Shown: piece after piece, positions 20,041-28,305 of the stretch | Layout: each line of letters starts with the position of its first letter | Numbering within the stretch: the first letter of the stretch is position 1 | Assembly: GCA_965279525.1 (NCBI GenBank) | Contig: CBDIIB010000004.1 | Span: 192,001 to 256,000 of the forward strand | Direction of reading: 5' to 3' | Origin: Tagaea sp. | GTDB lineage: Bacteria > Pseudomonadota > Alphaproteobacteria > CACIAM-22H2 | DNA: 64,000 nt | Program-made: the position numbers and the translations under genes | Notes under the pieces: model-generated | Told to the model about the DNA's origin: nothing | The model's database searches: none | Seen by the model: the letters and a program-made list of their open reading frames with translations, nothing else

Positions 20041-20162
20041 AATAGGTTACCACGCGTTACGGTAACGTATTTATCCCTTTGAAGTTGCAGGCATGTTACT
20101 GCAACGGCACTCGGTGCAACCAAAACCTATTCACTTGTCAAAGAGCGCGTCGACCAGTCGAC
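20041..20162 (-). ncRNA. Candidate structured non-coding element/leader with a boxA-like motif
   Basis: Minus-strand GCTCTTTGACAA (20135-20146); nested inverted repeats AATAGGTT/AACCTATT, GTTGCAG-N8-CTGCAAC and CGTTAC-G-GTAACG; AT-rich. No known family recognised. Confidence 0.35.
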
Positions 20163-20225
20163 AGACTCTGCCAGAATATCATCCGTAATTCAAGAAAATA
20201 AGCCCACTACATTTGCAAGATCGGC

Positions 20226-20273
20226 TTGACGGGCACTTCGATTTCATCAATATTCATCCATATGGTTGAATAT
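20226..20273 (+). promoter_or_regulatory. Sigma-70-like promoter and palindromic ArsR operator overlapping the start codon
   Basis: TTGACG (20226)-N17-AATATT; palindrome ATATTCA-TCCATATGGT-TGAATAT (20250-20273) contains the ATG at 20262. Confidence 0.7.
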
Positions 20274-20612
20274 CAATCCAGACATCTCGATGCGGTCTTC
20301 AAGGCGGTGGCCGATCCCACACGCCGGGCGATCCTTGCGCGGCTCGCTTCGGCCGACGCCCGCGTGACCGACATCGCGAAGGACTTCCCGATGTCGCTGA
20401 ACGCGGTGTCGAAGCACCTGCGCGTTCTCGAAGGTGCCGCACTCGTCCGGCGCACCGTCGTCGGGCGCGAGCATGTGCTGGCCCTCAATGCCGAGGCGAT
20501 GGCCGAGGCGGCGGGCTGGATGGACCATTACCGGCGGTTCTGGGAAGAGCGGCTGGCCGCCCTTGACGCATTGATGACCGAGCGATCCAAAATGAAAGGC
20601 AAGCGCAAATGA
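20262..20612 (+). CDS. ArsR/SmtB family transcriptional regulator
   Basis: LDAVFKAVADPTRRAIL, AVSKHLRVLEGAALV, FWEERLAALD. Start re-called at MVEYQ. Confidence 0.92.
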   Translation: MVEYQSRHLDAVFKAVADPTRRAILARLASADARVTDIAKDFPMSLNAVSKHLRVLEGAALVRRTVVGREHVLALNAEAMAEAAGWMDHYRRFWEERLAALDALMTERSKMKGKRK

Positions 20613-21085
20613 AAGCCGCAACCGAGACGCCCGTGCCCGCGATCACCATCCGCCGCGAGTTCGCGGTCCCCGCGGGCGAACTGTTCGACGCCTGGCTCGA
20701 TCCCGAACTGCTGGCGGCCTGGATGCGGCCCGGCAGCTTTCCGCCGTCGATCGTGCGTAATGATCCGCGCGAAGGCGGCACGTTCGAGATCCGCATGCAG
20801 GGGCCAAGCGGCGAGATCCTACATAGCGGCGTCTACCGCACGATCGACCGGCCGCGCCGGCTGGTCTTCACGTGGATCTCGGTGCACACGCTCGAGCGCG
20901 AGACGCTGGTGACCGTCGATTTCCACGCGCGGGGCACGTCGACCGAAATTATCCTGAAGCACGAGATGTTCCCGGACGCGGAGGCCGCGCGCAAGCACGA
21001 GGGCGGCTGGACACAGATCCTCGAAAATCTCAGGGGCACCGGGAATCCCGCCGCGGCACCCAGCTGCGGCGTGTCCGCCGCCTGA
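20609..21085 (+). CDS. SRPBCC/AHSA1 domain protein
   Basis: LFDAWLDPELLAAW, RPRRLVFTW, HEGGW; the usual partner of this ArsR subfamily; ATGA overlap. Confidence 0.88.
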   Translation: MKAATETPVPAITIRREFAVPAGELFDAWLDPELLAAWMRPGSFPPSIVRNDPREGGTFEIRMQGPSGEILHSGVYRTIDRPRRLVFTWISVHTLERETLVTVDFHARGTSTEIILKHEMFPDAEAARKHEGGWTQILENLRGTGNPAAAPSCGVSAA

Positions 21086-21089
21086 CGCG

Positions 21090-22109
21090 TCAGCGCAGCA
21101 GCGCCACGCGGCCCGGATCGATCGTCACGCCGACCGGGGCGTCGACCGCGAAGGTCGGCGCCTCGCGATGGTGGACCGTGTCGACGATGATGCGATGCGG
21201 GCCGACCGCGACGGCATAGCGCACGGTGCCGCCGAGGAACTCGCGATGCAGGACACGGCCCGCACCGCCGGCCGATAGCTGGACGTCCTGCGGCCGGAAC
21301 GAGAGGCAGGCCGCACCGGCGGCCCCCTCGATCCGGTCGAGCGCGAACCCGTCGGCCGAGAAACGGCCCGCCGGATCGAGAGTCCCTTCGATCAGGTTGG
21401 CCGTGCCGAGGAATGCCGCGACGAAGCGGTTCGCGGGCCGGTCATAAAGTGAAATCGGCGGGCCGATCTGCTGGATACGGCCGCCGTCGAGTACGGCAAT
21501 GCGGTCGGCGACGGCGTTCGCCTCTTCCTGGTCGTGGGTGACGTAGATCGTCGTCAGGCCGAGCTTGCGCTGGAGGGTGGCAATTTCCTGGCGCATCTCG
21601 ACGCGCAGCTTGGCGTCGAGATTGGAAAGCGGCTCGTCGAGCAGCAGCACCTCGGGTTCGATCACCAGCGTGCGGGCGAGCGCCACGCGCTGCTGCTGGC
21701 CGCCGGAAAGCTGCGCCGGCCGCCGCTCGGAAAGTTCGGAAAGCCCGACGAGTTCGAGGACGCCGCGCACCTTCTTCGCGATGTCGCCGCGCGCCATGCC
21801 CCGCTGCTCGAGCCCGAACGCGACGTTGCCCGCCACCGTCATGTGGGGCCACAGCGCATAGCTCTGGAAGACCATGCCGACATTGCGCTTCCACGGCGGC
21901 GTGCTCGTCACGTCGCGGGTTCCGACCCGGATCGTGCCGGATGACGGCACGCCGAAGCCGGCGACGAGGCGCAGCAGGGTCGTCTTGCCGGACCCTGACG
22001 GCCCGAGGAACGCGAAGAACTCGCCCTTGGCGACCTCGAGCGACACGTCGTCGAGAATTGGCGTGCTGCCGTAGTCGAAAGATACGCGGTCAATCGTAAC
22101 GCCTGTCAT
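21090..22109 (-). CDS. ABC transporter ATP-binding protein (FbpC/PotA-like)
   Basis: Start MTGVTID; [28 protein letters not shown]. Confidence 0.92.
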   Translation of the reverse strand: MTGVTIDRVSFDYGSTPILDDVSLEVAKGEFFAFLGPSGSGKTTLLRLVAGFGVPSSGTIRVGTRDVTSTPPWKRNVGMVFQSYALWPHMTVAGNVAFGLEQRGMARGDIAKKVRGVLELVGLSELSERRPAQLSGGQQQRVALARTLVIEPEVLLLDEPLSNLDAKLRVEMRQEIATLQRKLGLTTIYVTHDQEEANAVADRIAVLDGGRIQQIGPPISLYDRPANRFVAAFLGTANLIEGTLDPAGRFSADGFALDRIEGAAGAACLSFRPQDVQLSAGGAGRVLHREFLGGTVRYAVAVGPHRIIVDTVHHREAPTFAVDAPVGVTIDPGRVALLR

Positions 22110-23845
22110 ATCGCCATTCCGCTTCGTGTCCGTTTTGCCCGGTCCTGCTCCGCCACGCGGTACGAGAACCACGTCGCCACCGCGACCACCACGACCGCGA
22201 CGACACCCAGTGCCGCACCCGGCCCGCGTCCCGCCGGCGACTGCATGTAGACATAGATGCCGTAGGAAAGCGGGGCGTTCGCGTCGCGCGTGACGAGCAG
22301 CAGCGTCGCCGAAAGCTCGACGGCGGCGGTGGCGAAGCTCGTCACGAAGCCTGCGAGGATGCCGCCGGCCATCAGCGGCACGACGATGCGTGTCAGCGTC
22401 GATGATTTCGTCGCGCCGAGATTCTCGGCCGCTTCCTCGAGGCTCTGGTGGAGCTGCTGGAGAGCGGCCGTGCACGAGCGCAGCGCATAGGGAAGACGGC
22501 GCACCGAATAGGCGATGGCCAGCATCAGCCAGAAGGTCGCCAACGATCCGGCCCCGAAGGGAAGGTCGACCGAAAAATAGGTCCGCAGGATGCCGATGCC
22601 GAGCACGAGGCCGGGGACCGCGACCGCCGCCATCGCGATCTGGTCGAGCAGGTTGCGCCCCGGCAGGCCGGTGCGCATGGCGATGTACGCGATCATCGTG
22701 CCGAGGACCACGTCGATCAGCGCGGCGATGCCGCAATAGAGCACCGTGTTGACCATGAAGCCGCCGGCATCGCGGAAGACCGTCGAGTAGTGCGCGAAGG
22801 TGAACGCGTCGGGCAGGACGCTGAACGACCAGATCGTGCCGAAGGACAGCAGCAGGATGCCGAAATGGGGGCTGAGTGCGAGCAGCAGGACGAAGACGAT
22901 GAAGCCATAGGCCAGCACGGCCTCGCCCTTGCCCAGATCGCGCCGGGCAAGCCCGCCGCCGCCGCGCTGCTGGGTGGCATAGTCGCGGTTGCGCAGCGAT
23001 AGCATCGACAGCCAGACGGCCACCACCGACAGCACGACGAGGATCGTCGAGATCACGTAGCCCATCGGGTCGGCAAGCCCGACCGACGTGACGCGCAGAT
23101 AAGCCTGCGGAGCGAGCATGTTGGTGACGTTGAGCAGGAGCGGGGTGGCAAGATCGTCGAACACCTTGGCGAAGACGAGGGCCGCACCCGCGATGTATCC
23201 GGGCATGGCGAGCGGAAAAACGATGCGCGAGAAGAGCCGCCAGCCCGAAGCGCCCAGGTTCTGCGCCGACTCCTCCATCGCGGAATCGATGTTGGCGAGC
23301 GAGGCGGAAAGGTTGAGCAGGATGAACGGGAAATAGTGCAGCCCTTCGACGAAGATGACGCCGTTGAGCCCTTCCATGAACGGGATCCGGAAGCCGAACC
23401 AGTCCATCAGCAGCAGGTTGATCGAGCCGTTCCGGCCATAGACGAGCTGCATGGCGACGGCGCCCACGAACGGGGGCATCACCAGCGGGATGACGCCGAG
23501 CGTCTGGATCAGCGCGGCGCCGCGGAAGCGGAAACGGACCGTGAAATAGGCGAGCGGCACGGCGAGCAGCGTGGCGAAGGCCACCGTCATCACGGCGACA
23601 TAGATCGAGTTCCACGTGGACTCGATCATGATGGAGGTGCGGAAGAAATCTGCGAAGTGGACCAGCGTGAACCCGCTGCCGTCCCAGAACGCGATGAAGA
23701 CGACGCTGGCGACTGGTACGATCAGGAACGCGACGAGGAACGCCGCGACGATGCCCGCACAGACGAGGTGGAAGGGCGTCGCCCGCCAGCGCGCCAGAAG
23801 CGACGCGCGCCGGCGGGGAACGGCATTTGCCAGGGCGCCGTTCAA
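22106..23845 (-). CDS. ABC transporter fused double permease (FbpB-like)
   Basis: Two EAA loops (EESAQNLGA, EEAAENLGA). Probable TTG start overlaps the upstream stop; start uncertain. Confidence 0.88.
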   Translation of the reverse strand: MNGALANAVPRRRASLLARWRATPFHLVCAGIVAAFLVAFLIVPVASVVFIAFWDGSGFTLVHFADFFRTSIMIESTWNSIYVAVMTVAFATLLAVPLAYFTVRFRFRGAALIQTLGVIPLVMPPFVGAVAMQLVYGRNGSINLLLMDWFGFRIPFMEGLNGVIFVEGLHYFPFILLNLSASLANIDSAMEESAQNLGASGWRLFSRIVFPLAMPGYIAGAALVFAKVFDDLATPLLLNVTNMLAPQAYLRVTSVGLADPMGYVISTILVVLSVVAVWLSMLSLRNRDYATQQRGGGGLARRDLGKGEAVLAYGFIVFVLLLALSPHFGILLLSFGTIWSFSVLPDAFTFAHYSTVFRDAGGFMVNTVLYCGIAALIDVVLGTMIAYIAMRTGLPGRNLLDQIAMAAVAVPGLVLGIGILRTYFSVDLPFGAGSLATFWLMLAIAYSVRRLPYALRSCTAALQQLHQSLEEAAENLGATKSSTLTRIVVPLMAGGILAGFVTSFATAAVELSATLLLVTRDANAPLSYGIYVYMQSPAGRGPGAALGVVAVVVVAVATWFSYRVAEQDRAKRTRSGMAI

Positions 23846-25182
23846 CGTGCGCTGGCGGCGCGCTCGGCGAGCGACTTCGCCTCGGCGTAGTTGCGGCGCG
23901 CGAAGGCATCCCACTGTTCTTCGAACTCGGCCTGGCGGGCGGCGACCGGCTTGTCCTTCTGCTTCTCCTGGAACGAGCCGGCGATCTGCGGATCGATCGC
24001 CTGGGCTTCGGTCACCGGCACGCTCGTCGCGAGGCGGCGTGCTTCGGCCAGCAGCCTTGCCCCCTCGGTCGACTTGCTGCGCGCGACGGCGGCCGTCGCG
24101 GCGTGGATCGCCTTCCAGGCCTCGGTCAGTTCCTTGAGGCGGAAGGTGATGAGCCGGTCGAACAGCGAGTTCAGCAGTTCGTAGCGCGTTTCCGACGCAT
24201 CGTTGTTGAACACGACGCGCGAGCCCAGGCTCGTGTCCTTGAAGGGGTTCGGGTAGCCGGCGGGCGCCTTGTCGTAGATCGACGTGCGCACCGGCAGGCG
24301 CTGGATCTTGGGATCGAGCAGCAGCGTCTGTCCGTCTTCCGACAGCAGGAACTCGACGAAGGCGCGCGCGGCGTTCGGGCTGCGCGAACCGGCGACGATG
24401 CCGATATTGGCGGGCACCATCGTCGTGATCGTCGGATAGACGAATTCGACCGGGAAGCCCGACGCCTTCGCCGACAGGCCGAAGAAGTCGATCACGATGC
24501 CGACGCCGTACTGGCCCGAATTGACCGCATCGGGCACGCCGAAGCTGCGGTCGGAGACAGACGCAAAGTTGCCGGCGATCTCGAGCATGCTTGCCCAGCC
24601 TTTGGCCCAGCCTTCGCCCTGCAGGATCGTCTCGACCGTCAGGTGCGTGGTGCCCGAGCGCGAGGGGGCCGAAATGCCGACATGCCCGAAATAGGCCGGG
24701 TTCTTGAGGTCGTCCCACTCCTTGGGTGCTGCCAGGCCGTTCGCACGCATATAGCGCGTGTTGTACATGATGCCGTAACCCGACGCGGCGAAGCCGAAAT
24801 AATAGCCTTCGGGATCGTTGACGGGAGCAGGGCCCACGCGTTGGGCGATGCCGGTGGCGACCGGCGTATATTTCTGGAGAAGGTTGCCCTTCTTCAGCAC
24901 CTCGAACGCGTCGGGTGCCGAGGCCCAGAACATGTCGGGCGGATTGCTGCGGGTCTCGCGGATGAACGAAACGCCGGCCGTCGTCGACCGGCTCTGGATC
25001 TCGACCTTCGTGCCGGGATTCTTCTTCTGGAAGGCGTCGACGAACGGGCCGGTCACGTCGCGCGAGAACGACGTGACGATGACAAGCTTCTCCTCGAGCG
25101 TTTGTGCCATCGAAGGTGCGGCGGCGAGCAGCGGGGCAAGGGCGGCAAGGGCGAGGATCTGGCGGCGCGTGTTGCGGGGCAT
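23842..25182 (-). CDS. ABC substrate-binding protein, PgtC-like (phosphoglycerate/Fe3+-binding family 6)
   Basis: RRQIL signal; LVIVTSF, FWASAPDAF, PSRSGTTHLTVETILQGEGW, RSFGVPDAV, GIVIDFF resemble PgtC. Confidence 0.8.
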   Translation of the reverse strand: MPRNTRRQILALAALAPLLAAAPSMAQTLEEKLVIVTSFSRDVTGPFVDAFQKKNPGTKVEIQSRSTTAGVSFIRETRSNPPDMFWASAPDAFEVLKKGNLLQKYTPVATGIAQRVGPAPVNDPEGYYFGFAASGYGIMYNTRYMRANGLAAPKEWDDLKNPAYFGHVGISAPSRSGTTHLTVETILQGEGWAKGWASMLEIAGNFASVSDRSFGVPDAVNSGQYGVGIVIDFFGLSAKASGFPVEFVYPTITTMVPANIGIVAGSRSPNAARAFVEFLLSEDGQTLLLDPKIQRLPVRTSIYDKAPAGYPNPFKDTSLGSRVVFNNDASETRYELLNSLFDRLITFRLKELTEAWKAIHAATAAVARSKSTEGARLLAEARRLATSVPVTEAQAIDPQIAGSFQEKQKDKPVAARQAEFEEQWDAFARRNYAEAKSLAERAASAR

Positions 25183-25349
25183 CGGTTTCCTCCGGCAGGG
25201 GTACGGGACGGCTCATGGGGGTTGGCCGTCGTTCAGTCACGAAACTGTCATTTTTCCGCCCGGCCATCAAGGATACCGGATCGAACTGGCAAGCTGGCTG
25301 CCCGGACAGCGCCGGATTAGGCTTCCCGGCGAAACGGAAGGTGGGGGAT

Positions 25350-26384
25350 ATGACGCGTCCGATCCGGCTCGCAGTGCTTGGCGCCGGCCTTATCGGCCAG
25401 CGGCACGCCGAACACATCCTTGCCGCACCCGAAGCGGAGCTTGCGGCGATCGTCGATCCGGCCGCGTCCGCCGAGGCATTCGCCGCGCGTCTGGGCGTGC
25501 GGCATTTCGCGAGCCTGGGCGGACTGCTTTCGGCCGACCGGCCCGACGGTCTCGTCATCGCCACGCCGACGCGCATGCATGTCGAGAACGGACTGGAAGC
25601 GGTCGCGGCCGGCATTCCCGTCCTCGTCGAGAAACCGATCGCCGACGATGTCGCATCCGCAACGCGACTGGTGGCGGCGGCCGAAGCTGCCGGCGTGAAG
25701 CTGCTGGTCGGCCACCACCGCCGGCACAACCCGATGATCGGCTCGGCAAAGGCGCTGATCGATTCCGGAAAACTGGGCCGGATTGTCGCCGTGCACGGAT
25801 TCTTCTGGCTGATGAAGCCCGACGACTATTTCGATGTCGCGTGGCGCCGCCAGGCCGGTGCCGGCCCCGTGCTGACCAACTTCATCCACGACATCGACCT
25901 GCTGCGACATCTGTGCGGCGAGGTGGAGCTTGTCCAGGCGCTGTCGTCGAACGCGGTGCGCTCCAACGAGGTGGAGGAGACGTGCGTGGTGCTGCTTCGC
26001 TTCGCGAACGGCGTGCTCGGCACCGTGTCCGTCTCTGACACGATCGTGGCGCCGTGGAGTTGGGAGCAGACGACCGGCGAGAACCCGGTCTATCCGCAGA
26101 CCGACCAGTCCTGCTACCACATCGGCGGCACGCACGGCTCGCTGTCGATCCCGCGGCTGGAGGTCTGGTCGAACGCCGGCAAGCGGAGCTGGTGGGAGCC
26201 GTTGCATGCCGAACGCATCCACGCGCCCGCCGAAGATCCGCTGCGCCTCCAGATCGCGCATTTCTGCCGCGTGGTCGGCGCCGGCGAAGCACCGCTCGTC
26301 TCGGGACGCGAAGGGCTCGAAACGCTGAAGGTCGTTGCTGCCGTGCAGGAAGCCATTCGCACGGGCGCTTCGGTCCGGTGCTAG
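25350..26384 (+). CDS. Gfo/Idh/MocA family oxidoreductase
   Basis: GAGLIG, IATPT, VEKPIA, GHHRRHNP, IHDID. Start re-called at MTRPIRL. Confidence 0.92.
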   Translation: MTRPIRLAVLGAGLIGQRHAEHILAAPEAELAAIVDPAASAEAFAARLGVRHFASLGGLLSADRPDGLVIATPTRMHVENGLEAVAAGIPVLVEKPIADDVASATRLVAAAEAAGVKLLVGHHRRHNPMIGSAKALIDSGKLGRIVAVHGFFWLMKPDDYFDVAWRRQAGAGPVLTNFIHDIDLLRHLCGEVELVQALSSNAVRSNEVEETCVVLLRFANGVLGTVSVSDTIVAPWSWEQTTGENPVYPQTDQSCYHIGGTHGSLSIPRLEVWSNAGKRSWWEPLHAERIHAPAEDPLRLQIAHFCRVVGAGEAPLVSGREGLETLKVVAAVQEAIRTGASVRC

Positions 26385-27046
26385 GCGCAGGCGGCGAGGA
26401 TGTCGCCGATCTGGCTTGAAAGGGCGCCCTTGGTGGGCGCGAACGAGCCGTCGAGGACGGCCGAGCCGACCGTGAACGCGTCGGCACCGGCTTTCGCGAG
26501 TTCGCGGATCTGTGCGGCCGAGTTCACGCTGCCCGCGACGATCAGCGTGCCGCCCGAAAGGTTGCCGCGCGCCGCGCGCACCAACGCGATCGGGTCGGCT
26601 TCGGTGGCGCGGTAGGCGAGCAGGTCGACGCCGCCGCAGCCCTGCTTGCGCGCTTCGCGGCAATGCTCGCCGACCAGTTCGGGCGAACCGCCGAGCTTCG
26701 TGGGGTGTCCCGCCGGCCTGCCGGGAAACGGATAGTAGCTGGCGAGATCGCCGAGGACCGACTTGGCGGCCGCCAGATCCGTGCCGCCGAGGATGCGGTC
26801 CACGCCCAGCTTGCGCCCGGCCGAAAGCGAGCCGAGCACGGTCTGCGGCGAGGTGCTGACGACCTCGAGATACGAGACGGCACCGGCCGCGCGGATCTTC
26901 GCGACGAGGCGTTGCATCACCTCAAACGGCACGCCGACATCCTTGAAGCCGATATGCCGCACGCCGAGTGCGATGATCGCGTCGACGAGCGTGTCGGCAT
27001 CCTCGACCGTGCGGTCGCTGCGGGTCAGCATCATGATGAAGTCCAT
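26381..27046 (-). CDS. Uncharacterised phosphate-binding TIM-barrel protein
   Basis: Start MDFIMML after AAGGAG. Alternating beta/alpha pattern, IGFKDVG, and C-terminal IVAGSV...GADAFTVGSA ribulose-phosphate-barrel phosphate motif. Confidence 0.7.
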   Translation of the reverse strand: MDFIMMLTRSDRTVEDADTLVDAIIALGVRHIGFKDVGVPFEVMQRLVAKIRAAGAVSYLEVVSTSPQTVLGSLSAGRKLGVDRILGGTDLAAAKSVLGDLASYYPFPGRPAGHPTKLGGSPELVGEHCREARKQGCGGVDLLAYRATEADPIALVRAARGNLSGGTLIVAGSVNSAAQIRELAKAGADAFTVGSAVLDGSFAPTKGALSSQIGDILAACA

Positions 27047-27072
27047 CGTGGCTTGCTCCTTGAAGGTCGCGT

Positions 27073-28305
27073 TCAGTCGATTTCGATCGTCGCGCGCTGC
27101 CCGTGATCGCCCTTCAACGTGGCGAAGGCGGCCGGGTCCATCGCGATCCGGCGCAGGCGCAGGGCCGCGACGCCGGAGCGGCACCAGCGTTCGATGCCGC
27201 CTTCGGCGAGCCTCAGGCGGCCGCGCACGGCATCGGCGTTGGCGCGCAGGCTGACTGGGAGCGGCGCCACGGGTTCGTCCGGCGAACGGAACTGGGGCAC
27301 GATGTAGCCCACACCGGCACCGGCCACGATGCGCGTCGCGGCACCCCGCCAGGCCGTCGGCTGGCGCAGGAACGCGGCGGCGTTGGCGCCGACGCATGCA
27401 CCTTCGATCGCGGCCCATCCGCTGCTCTCGACCGCCCGCAGCACGTTTCCCGCGGCGAAGACGCCGGGAAGGTTCGTGCGCCCGTGCTGGTCGACGAGCG
27501 GCCCGCCGGTGTCGGGATCGATGTCGTCAGCCAACAGCAGGGTTGCGTCGGGAACGAAGTCGCCGGTGAAGACGATCGTGTCGCATTCGATGCGGCGGAT
27601 ACCGGCGGGGCCGCGCACGAAGACGGCCTCGACACGCGCCGAACCCGCGATGTCCTCGATGCACGACGCGAGATGGATCGGGATGCCGAGGCCGCGCGCG
27701 ATCCAGCCGGCGGCGGGATACGACAGGATCCGGTCTTCGGAACCGACCATCGCGACGACTTCGAGGCCGGCGTGGCGTGCCGTCAGCAGGACCGAGAACG
27801 CGACATGCTCGGTCCCGACGACGACGGCACGCTTGCCGCCGACAGGCACACCGCGCGCGACCATCTGCTGCAACTGGCCGGTCGTCAGCACGCCGCGTTC
27901 GGGCCGTCGGCCGGGGACGAGCCGGGCGCTGCGCGGCCTTTCGCGGATGCCGGTCGCCAGCACGACGACGCGCGGGCGCAGGCATTGGTGTCCGGTTTCG
28001 GGACCGAGGATCTCGATTTCGGGGCCGGAGCGCAGTGCGAGTGCCGATGTCCGCGTCGCCACGGTCACGATGGCGGGATCGAGGGCGCCGATCATCCGCT
28101 TCGCGAAACCGGGACCCGTCTGGAGGCGGCGGGTGAACTCCCATCCGAAGCCCGGATGCCGGCAGAAGCGCGGCAGGCCGCCGGCCGCATCATCGCGGTC
28201 GATGACGAGAACTGAACTGGCACCGCCGCGGGCGAGCGCCTGTGCGGCGGCAAGTCCCGCAGGGCCTGCACCGATGACGATCGCGGGCGGGTCGAACCGG
28301 GTCAT
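27073..28305 (-). CDS. NAD(P)/FAD-dependent oxidoreductase (partner subunit of the GlpA-like dehydrogenase)
   Basis: GAGPAGLAAA, GGLPRFCRHPGFG, LATGIRERPR, TNLPGVFAAGN. Confidence 0.88.
   Translation of the reverse strand: MTRFDPPAIVIGAGPAGLAAAQALARGGASSVLVIDRDDAAGGLPRFCRHPGFGWEFTRRLQTGPGFAKRMIGALDPAIVTVATRTSALALRSGPEIEILGPETGHQCLRPRVVVLATGIRERPRSARLVPGRRPERGVLTTGQLQQMVARGVPVGGKRAVVVGTEHVAFSVLLTARHAGLEVVAMVGSEDRILSYPAAGWIARGLGIPIHLASCIEDIAGSARVEAVFVRGPAGIRRIECDTIVFTGDFVPDATLLLADDIDPDTGGPLVDQHGRTNLPGVFAAGNVLRAVESSGWAAIEGACVGANAAAFLRQPTAWRGAATRIVAGAGVGYIVPQFRSPDEPVAPLPVSLRANADAVRGRLRLAEGGIERWCRSGVAALRLRRIAMDPAAFATLKGDHGQRATIEID

Noticed and set aside
20101-20120. GCACCGAGTGCC resembles the 3' hairpin of a Cas9 tracrRNA, and boxA can mark CRISPR leaders
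   Set aside because: No repeat-spacer array or cas gene is in the window, and the match is too short to be meaningful.
19935-20123. 62-aa minus-strand ORF downstream of the boxA motif
   Set aside because: TTG start without an RBS, runs antisense into soxZ, and has no protein-like features.
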